In this document: piece after piece, positions 28,528 to 38,209 of the stretch
Layout: every line of letters starts with the position of its first letter
Position numbering within the stretch: the stretch's first letter is position 1
NCBI GenBank assembly: GCA_014729505.1
Contig: WJJS01000001.1
Location: 12,938 to 76,937, forward strand
DNA: 64,000 nucleotides
Origin: Candidatus Woesearchaeota archaeon
Lineage (GTDB): Archaea > Nanobdellota > Nanobdellia > Woesearchaeales > ARS49
Direction of reading: 5' to 3'
Position numbers and translations under genes: made by a program
The notes under the pieces: model-generated
The model's input: the letters and a program-made list of their open reading frames with translations, nothing else
The model's database searches: none
What the model was told of the DNA's origin: nothing

Positions 28528-28713
28528 TTACTTAGACGGTTTAAGCTTACGAGCTTCTGCCGTCCATTTAACATTACGAGGTTTGCGCTTGAGTTTTACA
28601 TGACTCTTCTCACACTTCCTTTTACAAAAGTGCAATTCCTTGCCATCGTTTTTTACAAACAACATGCCCGTTCCCGGAGGAATGGACATCCCACAAAAAG
28701 CACACGTAGCCAT
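28528..28713 (-). CDS. rpl24e: Ribosomal protein eL24 (L24e)
   Basis: CAFCGMSIPPGTGMLFVKNDGKELHFCKRKC zinc-ribbon. Confidence 0.85.
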   Translation of the reverse strand: MATCAFCGMSIPPGTGMLFVKNDGKELHFCKRKCEKSHVKLKRKPRNVKWTAEARKLKPSK

Positions 28714-28995
28714 CTACTTCCTCCCCCGACCGCCACGAGACAACGGACGAGCCTCAAGTTCAGTTTCACGAAGCATCAAAATATCATCGATTTGCACAGG
28801 ACCGCGCACATTACGACGAAGAACCTTATCCTTATCACGACCATCAAGGACACGACAACGTACTTGAATAGCCTCCCCACGAGTGCCTGTACGACCAATC
28901 ACTTCTTCAACACGTGCAGGAACAGCAGGGCTGAAGCGAACGCCGCCTTTTTTCTCTTCCTTTTGATCCTTACGCACTGGTTTTTTTGCTGCCAT
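28714..28995 (-). CDS. rps28e: Ribosomal protein eS28 (S28e)
   Basis: [21 protein letters not shown]...[25 protein letters not shown]. Confidence 0.85.
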   Translation of the reverse strand: MAAKKPVRKDQKEEKKGGVRFSPAVPARVEEVIGRTGTRGEAIQVRCRVLDGRDKDKVLRRNVRGPVQIDDILMLRETELEARPLSRGGRGRK

Positions 28996-28996
28996 T

Positions 28997-29329
28997 TTAC
29001 GCTGCCTTTAGATTTTGTTGGATTTCTTGAATAACCTTCTTAGCATCGCCCTCGGCGATAATTGCTACTGCCGCTGTAGACACCGGAAGACCGGCAGCAG
29101 TGCCAAGATCTTCCTTATTATCAATCTCGACACAAACAATATTCTTCTCCTTAGCAAGAAGAGGCAAATGCATCACAATTTCAGGTGGCGACACATTCTT
29201 TGCAAACGCTACAAGTTTAGCCGTACCACGCTCAAGAGCTTTTGTAACCTCATTTGAACCCTTCTTGAGTTTTCCTGTATTTTTTGCGATCTCAATCGCT
29301 TCCAAGACTTTATCGGTAAGTTCACTCAT
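28997..29329 (-). CDS. rpl7ae: Ribosomal protein L7Ae (eL8), start at MSELTDK
   Basis: [50 protein letters not shown]; ATG at 29327-29329 with upstream track-ORF extension rejected. Confidence 0.85.
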   Translation of the reverse strand: MSELTDKVLEAIEIAKNTGKLKKGSNEVTKALERGTAKLVAFAKNVSPPEIVMHLPLLAKEKNIVCVEIDNKEDLGTAAGLPVSTAAVAIIAEGDAKKVIQEIQQNLKAA

Positions 29330-29463
29330 GATACCCCTCCGGAGATTAGAAACCTCCTCGGCCAAAGGCCTCATTGGATACCAATTTGAGCAAGACGGTG
29401 GTATATAAAAGTATCGTCTATAATCGAGAAGTATATAAACCAATTTTGTTTCATAAGGAACAC

Positions 29464-29703
29464 ATGGCAAAAAAGAGATGGAAAACAGTACTCATATACG
29501 TAGCATTCATATTTTTGGGACTATTGTGGGGAGTGATAGAAGAATTCTACATGGAACCAAGCAATGAAGAAAAACTCGACGAGTATATCTCTTGCGGTCT
29601 TGAAATGAACTGGTGCATAAACGACTGCTACGGAAACTTTGCATGCAAAGAAGACTGCATACAACAAAGAATTATTTGTGACAAAGAGACACTTGATCAA
29701 TGA
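29464..29703 (+). CDS. Small Cys-rich membrane-anchored protein (start at MAKKRWK)
   Basis: N-terminal TM helix + C-terminal 8-Cys region; paralogous to next gene. Confidence 0.4.
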   Translation: MAKKRWKTVLIYVAFIFLGLLWGVIEEFYMEPSNEEKLDEYISCGLEMNWCINDCYGNFACKEDCIQQRIICDKETLDQ

Positions 29704-29963
29704 AAAAAAATATCATATTCATAGCTAGCGGATTGCTTCTTTTGTTACTATTTTTTATTGGCGCAAGCATATGGGCAACACATTATTTCGCCCAGAACAT
29801 TGAAAAAGAACTCGAAGGAGCCCGAGGATGTCGCACAAGTTTTGAACGATGCTACAACGAATGCACAGACTATATGCGAGAACAATGTGTACATACTTGT
29901 TTAAGTAACAGATATTTGTGTGAAGAAAGAACATTGGGTTGGGAAGCGCCGACGCCAGGGTAA
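29700..29963 (+). CDS. Small Cys-rich membrane-anchored protein, paralogue of previous
   Basis: MKKNIIFIASGLLLLLLFFIG TM + CRTSFERCYNECTDYMREQCVHTCLSNRYLCEE; ATGA overlap. Confidence 0.45.
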   Translation: MKKNIIFIASGLLLLLLFFIGASIWATHYFAQNIEKELEGARGCRTSFERCYNECTDYMREQCVHTCLSNRYLCEERTLGWEAPTPG

Positions 29964-29974
29964 TATTTAAATAC
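29961..29974 (+). promoter_or_regulatory. TATA-like box (taatatttaaatac) about 30 nt upstream of tRNA-Gly
   Basis: Seen in sequence. Confidence 0.35.
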
Positions 29975-29999
29975 TGACACAAGACGTTCAAAGAATTAC

Positions 30000-30107
30000 G
30001 CGCAGATAGTACAATGGCTAGTATAGCGGCCTTCCACTGCACGGCAGAAGCAAGCCGTTGATCCGGGTTCGAAAATGAATCTTTCATCGAATGTCCCGGT
30101 CTGCGCA
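30000..30107 (+). tRNA. tRNA-Gly (TCC) with two introns: 16 nt at anticodon loop and ~20 nt inside the T-loop
   Basis: Acceptor GCGCAGA/TCTGCGC + A; D-arm TAGTACAATGGCTAGTAT; anticodon stem GCGGC/GCCGT loop CTTCCAC; T-stem CCGGG...CCCGG enclosing 27 nt (7-nt loop + intron). Confidence 0.65.
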
Positions 30108-30111
30108 TTTT

Positions 30112-30614
30112 TTACTTTTTACAACGAGCATTGTTTTGTCTCCAAACGCAATATGCTGCATATTTTTCCTTCTTTATGTGGTGATTAAAACCGATGAGTT
30201 GGAAAAGTAAATAGTCTTTAGCTGGAATTCGTAGAGTAAAACAATGCTTGTGTTTTGGATTGGTCGAATATCTTGTGTGCCACGTAGAACTTATGCCTTC
30301 TGCAAGAAGCATTTGTTGAACTTGACGTCTTGCATCCTCGTTGGGATTATAGGCAATGATGCTACTTCTATAAACGGCACCCTCATCATCGAAGAACGCT
30401 CTTAACCCGTCCGCCTTAGAATTTTATCTTTTGTGATTTCTTTCGAGATTGTCCAAGGGCGATCAAGAGTATATCCAAGTTCACATATCTTCTCAAAAAG
30501 AAGTCGATTAGCTACTTGAAGGCGATGTTTATTCCTTCCAAAATAGATGTAGATTCCCGGCAAAACTTTTCGAACTGCCGCGGCTGCAGAACAGTTGAAC
30601 ATAGGAGCAGACAC
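30112..30614 (-). pseudogene. LAGLIDADG-family homing endonuclease pseudogene (N-terminally truncated, one frameshift near 30402)
   Basis: Two overlapping minus-strand ORFs join as ...IYIYFGRNKHRLQVANRLLFEKICELGYTL... / LRAFFDDEGAVYRSS...RYSTNPKHKHCFTLRIPAKDYLLFQLIGF (second LAGLIDADG motif LRAFFDDEGAV). Confidence 0.5.
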
Positions 30615-30855
30615 GGGCTACTACAAGGACTATATTGCAGAACCTGAAAATGTACGAAAGAAACTTGAAAAAGAAGCCGCAGAAAGGGTCTTACTGTTTC
30701 AAATCGCGTCTGAAGATGGAGCGGACATGAACCGGATAGATGGCGGAAAAATTGTACGTTTATATCCGGAAAAACCATCTCAAGAACAAGGATTTTTCTC
30801 GCGAGTATTGCACGATGCAAACACATTAAAGCCCAAAGCTTTATATAATAATTGA
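30595..30855 (+). CDS. Hypothetical protein (uncertain)
   Basis: ORF only. Confidence 0.2.
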   Translation: MNIGADTGYYKDYIAEPENVRKKLEKEAAERVLLFQIASEDGADMNRIDGGKIVRLYPEKPSQEQGFFSRVLHDANTLKPKALYNN

Positions 30856-30889
30856 TAATTTATACCTTATAATATAGGGGGGGAATAAT

Positions 30890-31126
30890 ATGCCATACGA
30901 TAAAAGTCTTGATAAACAGCTCTTTAGTGAGTCAGTAGAATTTGAAACCACGAGACTAACAGTTAGTGTATTCTCGTACAACGACGGAACACCAAAAATC
31001 CAGATCGCCAGAGAAAATAAGAACCGCGACGGAGAATGGCAGTTTGCAAAGCTTGGCCGCATGGTCAAAGCAGAAGCTGAAGCCGTCTTACCACTACTCA
31101 AGAAAGCGGTAGAATCACTCGATTAG
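30890..31126 (+). CDS. PC4/YdbC-like ssDNA-binding domain protein
   Basis: RLTVSVFSYNDGTPKIQIARENKNRDGEWQFAKLGRMVKAEAEAVLPLL resembles PC4-like fold pattern; GGGGG SD-like upstream. Confidence 0.45.
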   Translation: MPYDKSLDKQLFSESVEFETTRLTVSVFSYNDGTPKIQIARENKNRDGEWQFAKLGRMVKAEAEAVLPLLKKAVESLD

Positions 31127-31470
31127 CGCGATAAGTGCACTTCAGTAGCATTGTCGCCAGATCCTATAACGACATAAACATCAGTACGTTCTTGATCGAA
31201 AAACACGGTGTACGGCAACGTTCCCCCATCAGATTGAAGAGCAGTCGTCGCGTAGCACATCGATTTATTCTTATATGCTGTCATACCCTGAATAACGGTT
31301 TTCACACCATCTTCAGTCGTTAATTCTCCTGCTTTACACCACTCCGTGGAAGGAGCGGATGGTGCAGTTATGACTCCAGCATTCTTGGAACTCGTCGTTT
31401 TCAGCGTTTGCTGACAAGCGCTCATCAACAATAAAGACACTAGGATCATCACTACACACAATCGTTTCAT
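31123..31470 (-). CDS. Secreted lipoprotein, hypothetical (lipobox LMSAC)
   Basis: MKRLCVVMILVSLLLMSACQQ signal peptide. Confidence 0.5.
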   Translation of the reverse strand: MKRLCVVMILVSLLLMSACQQTLKTTSSKNAGVITAPSAPSTEWCKAGELTTEDGVKTVIQGMTAYKNKSMCYATTALQSDGGTLPYTVFFDQERTDVYVVIGSGDNATEVHLSR

Positions 31471-31505
31471 GAACGAGCACCTGTATTTTCCAGTATATAA
31501 GTTTA

Positions 31506-32186
31506 ATGGCTTTGCTCATAAGGTATATAAGGGAAAGACACATCACTATAGCAAAAGAGATGGCCTTAGAAACATTTCACCACTATCAGCACCTGTATGA
31601 AGAATTCTTCAGTGTTCGATTCAAACCAATACCCATAGTTGATATTGTCGAAGACTACGACCTCGTCGCAGGAAGCGTGCGCATCCACGAAAACGCATCA
31701 CGATGGTACTTCTTCATCCCAGAACGACTCACCGAATGGGAACTCTTTGTACTGCTTGAAACAAAACAATGGCTCAGTCCCAACACAGAAAAAGTTGTTA
31801 TACGAAACAAGATAAAAGAATTGACAACAAGAAAAGGAATAGCTGAAGCGAGGGCACAACATTTGTACGACTTATTCATGCAAGTCACCTGTGGATATGG
31901 ATTACTCGAAGTATTGCTTGGCGATGCGAAACTCAAAGCCATACGCATTCACACACTCAACAAGGTAAGCACGGTAAAAGTTGACATTGAACACTACGGG
32001 GAATGTAACACGAACCTTCTATTTACCAAAGAATTTATTGACACACTCTCAAAAAAATTACGACACGAGCGATGCGCAGGACTCGAACCATGCTCTATTC
32101 GCATAGGCGATATCCCGGTTAGCGCGCACGTCAAAGACGAAGCAGGACAACACCTGCACTCAAGGACTATTAAAATAAAGAAATAG
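31506..32186 (+). CDS. Hypothetical protein
   Basis: ORF; no motif recognised. Confidence 0.35.
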   Translation: MALLIRYIRERHITIAKEMALETFHHYQHLYEEFFSVRFKPIPIVDIVEDYDLVAGSVRIHENASRWYFFIPERLTEWELFVLLETKQWLSPNTEKVVIRNKIKELTTRKGIAEARAQHLYDLFMQVTCGYGLLEVLLGDAKLKAIRIHTLNKVSTVKVDIEHYGECNTNLLFTKEFIDTLSKKLRHERCAGLEPCSIRIGDIPVSAHVKDEAGQHLHSRTIKIKK

Positions 32187-32199
32187 CAATGCTCAGCAA

Positions 32200-33807
32200 T
32201 CAGGACTCTGGCGGCATATTATGCTCGGTTTCTTGACCTGAAGCAATCACGTCATCAATGCGAAGAATCATCTGTGCCACTTCTGAAGCAGCTGTAATCG
32301 CCTGAGTCTTAATGCGCAGGGGCTCGATTACGCCAGCATCAAAACTGTTTACGATTTTACCCGCATGCACATCAATGCCAGCCTTTTTACTGCCAGCATC
32401 ATGAGCCGCTTTTAATTCGGTCAACACATCAATAGGATCAAGACCTGCATTTTCCGCAAGCGTCCGAGGAATGATTTCCAGTGATTGAGCAAAAGCCTGC
32501 ACAGCCAACTGTTCACGACCACTCAACGTTTCTGCATACACACGAAGACCTCGAGCAAGTTCTATCTCTGTAGCACCGGCACCAGTAACCACTTTACCAA
32601 GCTTGAGCGCAGCAGCAATATCACCAATAGCATCAGTCAACGCGCGTTTAGCCTCGTCAGCGATATGATCAGTTCCTCCGCGCACAAGAATAGAAACAGA
32701 CTTAGGATTAGTGCATTCAGTAACAAAAATCATCTCCTCACCAGCAATACGACGTTCAGTCACCTGGCCAGCAGCACCCAAATCCTCAGCACTCAAATCT
32801 TCAAGATTAGACACGACACGACCGCTAGTTGCAAGCGCCAACGATTCCATATCACTTTTCTTTACACGACGACAAGCAAGAATACCCTCCTTAGCAAGAA
32901 AATGCTGCGCAATATCATCAATACCCTTTTGACAAAACAACACCGACGCGCCAGTAGCCTTCACTTTAGAAACCATAGCACGGAGCATTTTCTCTTCTTG
33001 ATCAATAAACGCCTGCATCTGTGACGGATCAGTAATGGAGATCTTTGCATCGATCTCAGTATTTCGAATCTCAAAAGCTGCATCAACAAGAGCAACCTTC
33101 GCATTCTTAACAATTCTTGGCATCGACGGATGAACAGCTTCCTTTTCAATAATAATGCCTTCAATAAGTTCGCTGTCTTCAACACCGCCACCAGCCTTTT
33201 TCTCGATCTTTACATGATCATCATCAAACTCAAAAACGCCGTCTTTTTGTTCAGCAACACGAAGCACTGCACGAACGGCGATTGTAGAAAGTTTTTCCTG
33301 AGCAGATTCTGCACCCTTACCATTAATTGCAGTCATTCCAATCTTAATAAGCGTATCAGTATCATCTCGAGCAATATCATCAGCAAACTCTGCGAGCAAC
33401 TCATGAGCCTTAACCGTAGCCATGCGATAGCCACGAGCAATCACTGTTGGATGAATATCCTGATCAAGCAAATTCTCAGACTGTTTGAGCAGTTCACCAG
33501 CAATAACAACAGCAGTTGTGGTACCATCACCGATCTCCTCCTCTTGAGTTCTCGACACCTCTACAAGCATCTTCGCAGCAGGATGATTAACCTGCATCTC
33601 TTCTAGAATAGTCACACCATCATTAGTGATCGTAATCTCGCCCATACTGTCAACGAGCATCTTATCCATACCCTTAGGACCGAGTGTTGTACGAACAGCC
33701 TCAGCAAGCGCTTTAGCCGCAAGAATATTATTACGTTGTGCAGATCGTCCAGTCACACGCTGCGATCCTTCAGGCAAAATAAATATAGGTTGCATTTCTT
33801 TTGACAT
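32200..33807 (-). CDS. ths: Thermosome subunit (group II chaperonin)
   Basis: [44 protein letters not shown]; 535 aa. Confidence 0.9.
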   Translation of the reverse strand: MSKEMQPIFILPEGSQRVTGRSAQRNNILAAKALAEAVRTTLGPKGMDKMLVDSMGEITITNDGVTILEEMQVNHPAAKMLVEVSRTQEEEIGDGTTTAVVIAGELLKQSENLLDQDIHPTVIARGYRMATVKAHELLAEFADDIARDDTDTLIKIGMTAINGKGAESAQEKLSTIAVRAVLRVAEQKDGVFEFDDDHVKIEKKAGGGVEDSELIEGIIIEKEAVHPSMPRIVKNAKVALVDAAFEIRNTEIDAKISITDPSQMQAFIDQEEKMLRAMVSKVKATGASVLFCQKGIDDIAQHFLAKEGILACRRVKKSDMESLALATSGRVVSNLEDLSAEDLGAAGQVTERRIAGEEMIFVTECTNPKSVSILVRGGTDHIADEAKRALTDAIGDIAAALKLGKVVTGAGATEIELARGLRVYAETLSGREQLAVQAFAQSLEIIPRTLAENAGLDPIDVLTELKAAHDAGSKKAGIDVHAGKIVNSFDAGVIEPLRIKTQAITAASEVAQMILRIDDVIASGQETEHNMPPES

Positions 33808-33863
33808 ACTAATCCCCCGTGTATACCATCACTATCACTTTCTTTTAAACGTTTCGTCTGCCC

Positions 33864-35107
33864 ATGCAATGCAAAGACAATAATAAAGTTTATAGCAAAC
33901 GTCATGTTCTTACCAGTATGCGCGTTTTTGAAAGAGGGGAACTGAGACTCTTATGGCCGTTTTATGCCGATTATCTACTATCACAACTACTCTTTTTTGC
34001 ACCAGCGTTTTACATCGTGTATTTTCTGGATATTGGCCTGTCCTTGTTTCAGTTAGGACTTGTTATGGCTGCAGCACCACTGGCAGGTCTGCTCTTTGAG
34101 ATTCCAACAGGAGCCGTAGCAGATCTGTACGGGAGAAAATTTTCAGTCCTGCTAAGCTTTCTACTGGTAGCAGCAGGTTATTTGCTTCTCTTCTTCTTTA
34201 CAAGTATCCCAGCACTTATTGCCATTTTTGCGTTAATCGGATTTGCAGGAACATTCTGGTCGGGAGCAAAAGATGCGTGGGTTGTTGATCTTATAGGAAA
34301 AAGAAAAACATTACTCCAAATTATTTTGCAAAAGCAGATTTTCTCAGCAGTCTTGGACTAGTCATATCAGGCATCCTTGGAGCGTTCATTGTTGAAGTCA
34401 TTGGCCTACGATCCATATGGTTATTTGCTGCAGGTGCGTACGCGATATCATTTGTAGTTCTACTCACAGCCCCTGAACGTTATCGCAGACGACACACTTC
34501 ATTTAGTCGAGCTCTTAAAACTGTAACACAACAAAGCGGGGATGCGTTACGATACTGTCGAATGCACCACATACTTTACGCATTTTTCATTGCAAGCGCT
34601 CTTTGGCTTATCGCAGGAGCAATAGGAGGAGTCATGGCATGGACACCCTTTCTTATCGAACTTGGTTTTGCAGAACAACACTTTGGCTACTTGTGGAGTG
34701 CGATGGCCGTAGTACAAATGATGGGACTTGCCATCTCACAATTCGCTCTAAAAACGATCTCGTCTCGAAAAGTGATCATTGTTGCCCAGTCATTGTTTGC
34801 TGCAACTCTCCTTGCCGTGTATTGGGTATCTTCACTGCCGTTTGCGTTGTTACTGGTACTGTTTAGCATCTTATTTGCCTCAGCAAAAGCACCTTCATTA
34901 AACGTGTTCTTTCATCGGTTTACTCCTTCATACATGAGAGCAACCATCGGTTCAGTCAAGGCAACACTCGGCGCAGCTATAGCCATACTCATGATGCCGA
35001 TTTCAGGACATTTTATTGACACTATAGGTGCTCAAAACGCATTATTTAGCGCGGGACTTGCATTACTGCCTGCAGTAGGGATATACCTGCTAATGAAAGA
35101 ACACTAA
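33864..35107 (+). pseudogene. MFS-family transporter interrupted by a frameshift in an A-run near 34300 (track ORFs 33864-34361 and 34562-35107)
   Basis: Shifting frame at gaaaaagaaaaacatt gives continuous ...LIGKRK/NITPNYFAKADFLSSLGLVISGILGAFIVEVIGLRSIWLFAAGAYAISF...RYCRMHHILYAFF joining the second ORF; 12-TM topology overall. Confidence 0.5.
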
Positions 35108-35133
35108 ATCTTTAAATAGTTCCTTTCACTGAT

Positions 35134-36117
35134 TTGACCAAAAAGAGAATGTATGATATCATTACTATAGGATCCGGTACTGTCGACGTATTTGTAGAAA
35201 CAGAAGACAAGCAAATAGTGCCGCACAACAATCATCAAGACGTTTGCTATCACATCGGGGACAAAGTACTCATCAAACGATTGCAGCACAGCACCGGTGG
35301 CGGAGGAACAAACAGTGCTGTAGGATTCTCGCGTATGGGACTCAACACTGGCTGGATAGGTCAAGTAGGCCAAGACGCGAATATGCACTATATTATGGAA
35401 ACGCTGCAACAAGAACGCGTCACCTTTCTTGGCAACTGTTCAAAGGGTATGAGCGGTTACAGCGTTATACTCGTCGGACTGCGAAAAGACAGAACGATAC
35501 TTACCTACAAAGGAATCAACAATATGCTTGCCGTAAAGGACAAGGATCTCAAACAATTGAAAACGAAATGGTTCTATTTCTCATCAATGATGGACAAAAG
35601 CTTACGCACGCAAAAAAAGATAGCACAACACGCTAAGAAAAAAGGCATACGATATGCGTACAATCCGAGCTGTTACCTCGCAGAAAAAGGAATGAGAGTG
35701 CTCGGACCCATTGTACGAGGAGCCACAGTGCTTGTAATGAACGCACAAGAAGCAGCATACTTGCTTGACACTTCGCCACAACAAAAAGCAGAGAATGCCA
35801 GAGCACTCACCAAGTACGGCCAGTACGGTATTGTCACCGACGGGCCGCGGGAAGGCTATGCAAGCGACGGTACTCATCTGTACGTGTGGAAACCACGAAA
35901 AGCAAAAATCGTCGAAACAACAGGAGCAGGAGACAGTTTTGCTGTTGGAGTTGTCACAGGCATTATCAAAGGCATGACCCTAGCACAATCACTACAATTA
36001 GGCTATGCAAATGCAGTTTCAGTACTCGGAGAGATCGGTGCAAAAAACAACTTGCTCACATATCGTAATGCTCGACGAGAACTAAGGGAACATCCAGTGA
36101 GGGTAAAACGAATATGA
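35134..36117 (+). CDS. PfkB-family carbohydrate/nucleoside kinase
   Basis: IGSGTVDVF N-terminal GG-like motif, TTGAGDSFAVG anion-hole/DTxGAGD motif. Confidence 0.75.
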   Translation: MTKKRMYDIITIGSGTVDVFVETEDKQIVPHNNHQDVCYHIGDKVLIKRLQHSTGGGGTNSAVGFSRMGLNTGWIGQVGQDANMHYIMETLQQERVTFLGNCSKGMSGYSVILVGLRKDRTILTYKGINNMLAVKDKDLKQLKTKWFYFSSMMDKSLRTQKKIAQHAKKKGIRYAYNPSCYLAEKGMRVLGPIVRGATVLVMNAQEAAYLLDTSPQQKAENARALTKYGQYGIVTDGPREGYASDGTHLYVWKPRKAKIVETTGAGDSFAVGVVTGIIKGMTLAQSLQLGYANAVSVLGEIGAKNNLLTYRNARRELREHPVRVKRI

Positions 36118-37028
36118 TTATATCACTCAAACGTATGCTTGCACAAGCGAACAAGAAAAACTACGCTGTTGGCGCGTACAACATCAATAACATGGAATTT
36201 GTCCAAGCAGTTGTCAGCGCAAGCGAAAAAATGAACAGTCCAGCAATAATCTCGACAACAGAGGGAGCAATACGTTACGCAGGCATGCCATACCTGAAAA
36301 CGCTCGTCTACACGGCAGCAGCACACACAAAAATACCTATCACGTTTCATCTCGATCACGGAAGAGATTTTACGGTGATCAAACAAGCGATAAAAGCGGG
36401 ATACTCCTCAATAATGTATGACGGCAGTCATCTGCCTTTCAAAGAAAATGTTCGCAACACTGCAAAAGTCGTGCGATGGGCGCACAAAAAAGGAGTCAGC
36501 GTTGAAGGAGAACTAGGAACTATAGGTGGTGCAGAAGATCTCGTCAGTTCAAGAGAAATTATCTATACCGATCCAGACACTGCAAAAGAGTTCGTCGAAA
36601 AAACAGGAGTTGATGCACTCGCAATTGCTATTGGGACCAGTCACGGCGCGTACAAATTTTCAAGCACACCAACACTTGATATTGCGCGCCTCAAAACAAT
36701 AAAAAAACTCACTAAACTACCGCTCGTACTGCACGGCGCAAGTGAAGTACCACAATATCTGGTACGACAAGCGAACCGCTATGGAGCAACACTTGGCAAA
36801 GCTCGAGGAGTGCCAGACGCACAAATACGACAAGCAGTCAAGCACGGCATCAATAAAGTCAACGAGGATACGGACTTGCGCTTAGCATTTCTAGCCTCAA
36901 CTAGAAAAACACTCGTAAAACAACCAAGCGTATTTGATCCGCGAAAAATCCTTGGACCCGCACGAGATTACGTACAAAAAATCGTCGAGGATCGCATCAA
37001 ACTTTTAGGGAGTAAAGGTAAAGCATGA
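36114..37028 (+). CDS. fba: Class II fructose/tagatose-1,6-bisphosphate aldolase
   Basis: YAVGAYNINNMEF, FHLDHG, GELGTIGG, class II (metal) aldolase pattern; 304 aa. Confidence 0.8.
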   Translation: MIISLKRMLAQANKKNYAVGAYNINNMEFVQAVVSASEKMNSPAIISTTEGAIRYAGMPYLKTLVYTAAAHTKIPITFHLDHGRDFTVIKQAIKAGYSSIMYDGSHLPFKENVRNTAKVVRWAHKKGVSVEGELGTIGGAEDLVSSREIIYTDPDTAKEFVEKTGVDALAIAIGTSHGAYKFSSTPTLDIARLKTIKKLTKLPLVLHGASEVPQYLVRQANRYGATLGKARGVPDAQIRQAVKHGINKVNEDTDLRLAFLASTRKTLVKQPSVFDPRKILGPARDYVQKIVEDRIKLLGSKGKA

Positions 37029-37465
37029 AGGTTATACTAGGAGCAGATCATGCAGGATTCGCACTCAAAGAACACCTAAAAAAATACTTGAGCGCAAAAG
37101 GATACGACGTAATTGATCTTGGTGCAACAGTTCTCAAACCACGCGATGATTACCCAGACTATGCTGCTCGAGTTGCAAAACGCGTCGTAAAGCATAACGA
37201 ACCAGGCATTCTGGTGTGCGGCAGTTCTGAAGGCGTCTGCATTGCAGCAAACAAATTCAAAGGCATACGAGCAGTCTCGGCATGGTCAAAAAAAGTAGCA
37301 AAACTATCAAGAGAGCACGATAATGCAAACATACTCTGCTTATCAGGGTGGTTGCTCAGTAAAGAAAAGGCAAGCGGTATAGCTGACACGTTCTTAAGCA
37401 CGGCTTTTTCTAAGGAACCACGGCATGTCCGCCGTCTCAAAAAGATCGAAAAACTAGAACAATGA
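37025..37465 (+). CDS. rpiB: Ribose-5-phosphate isomerase B (RpiB/LacAB family)
   Basis: MKVILGADHAGFALKEHLKKYLSAKGYDVIDLG, GILVCGSSEGVCIAANK. Confidence 0.8.
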   Translation: MKVILGADHAGFALKEHLKKYLSAKGYDVIDLGATVLKPRDDYPDYAARVAKRVVKHNEPGILVCGSSEGVCIAANKFKGIRAVSAWSKKVAKLSREHDNANILCLSGWLLSKEKASGIADTFLSTAFSKEPRHVRRLKKIEKLEQ

Positions 37466-38088
37466 TACGCGTCATCCCCGCAGTCAATGCCACAACAATG
37501 CTGGCTTTACGAAAAAACATCTCAATCGCAGAAACACTCAGTCCACTTATTGACGTCGATATTTGTGATGGAAGATTCGTCGCGCGAAAAACGGTTTCCT
37601 TAACTCAATTACGAGGTCTGACAACAAAAAAGTTGAGCATTGATTATATGGGTCAACATCCAGCACGTGCGTTTGTTCGACTGCCAAAAAACACGTATCG
37701 TTTTGTGTTCCACGTCGAGGTAGCCAATGATATCGATGCTCTTATACGACGCTGTAAAGCACATAAGATCATTGCATCAATAGGATTGAATCCCGAGACT
37801 CCTGTTTCGAGTATCGCAAAGTATCTGGGTAAAGGAGTGCAGGTTCATCTCCTCACAGTACATCCAGGAAAAAGCGGACAAGAACTCATCCCTTCAGTAT
37901 TGCAAAAGGTGCGAAAGATCAAAAAGATACGGGAAGACACAAGGATTGGTATTGACGGAGGAGTAAACCTCAAGACCGCGAAACTGATCAAACGATATCC
38001 GCTCAACTATGTCTCAGCAACGTCAGCAATCTTTGGCGCAAAAGACCCAAAGAACGCGTTTAGGGAACTTAAGAAGGCGCTCAACTAG
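37462..38088 (+). CDS. rpe: Ribulose-phosphate 3-epimerase-like TIM-barrel protein
   Basis: LLTVHPGKSGQELI and GIDGGVN resemble Rpe MxVxPGFGGQ / DGG motifs; ATGA overlap with rpiB. Confidence 0.6.
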   Translation: MIRVIPAVNATTMLALRKNISIAETLSPLIDVDICDGRFVARKTVSLTQLRGLTTKKLSIDYMGQHPARAFVRLPKNTYRFVFHVEVANDIDALIRRCKAHKIIASIGLNPETPVSSIAKYLGKGVQVHLLTVHPGKSGQELIPSVLQKVRKIKKIREDTRIGIDGGVNLKTAKLIKRYPLNYVSATSAIFGAKDPKNAFRELKKALN

Positions 38089-38091
38089 ATT

Positions 38092-38134
38092 TTTTTTCCT
38101 TTTTCGTATATGTGAATGCAATTAACAGGACGAG
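38092..38134. repeat. Duplicated copy of the ferredoxin gene 3' end (direct repeat of 38219-38261)
   Basis: ttttttcctttttcgtatatgtgaatgcaattaacaggac present twice. Confidence 0.6.
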
Positions 38135-38209
38135 CATTCTGCCGCTGTTTTTGCCCAGCGGTTGCAATGCGTGACGCTCGGCTTTGCCTCGATCACGCAG
38201 TTAGAATTT

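Noticed and set aside
28997-29470. 157-aa extent of the L7Ae ORF
   Set aside because: The conserved L7Ae sequence starts at MSELTDK (29329). The upstream extension is not conserved-looking.
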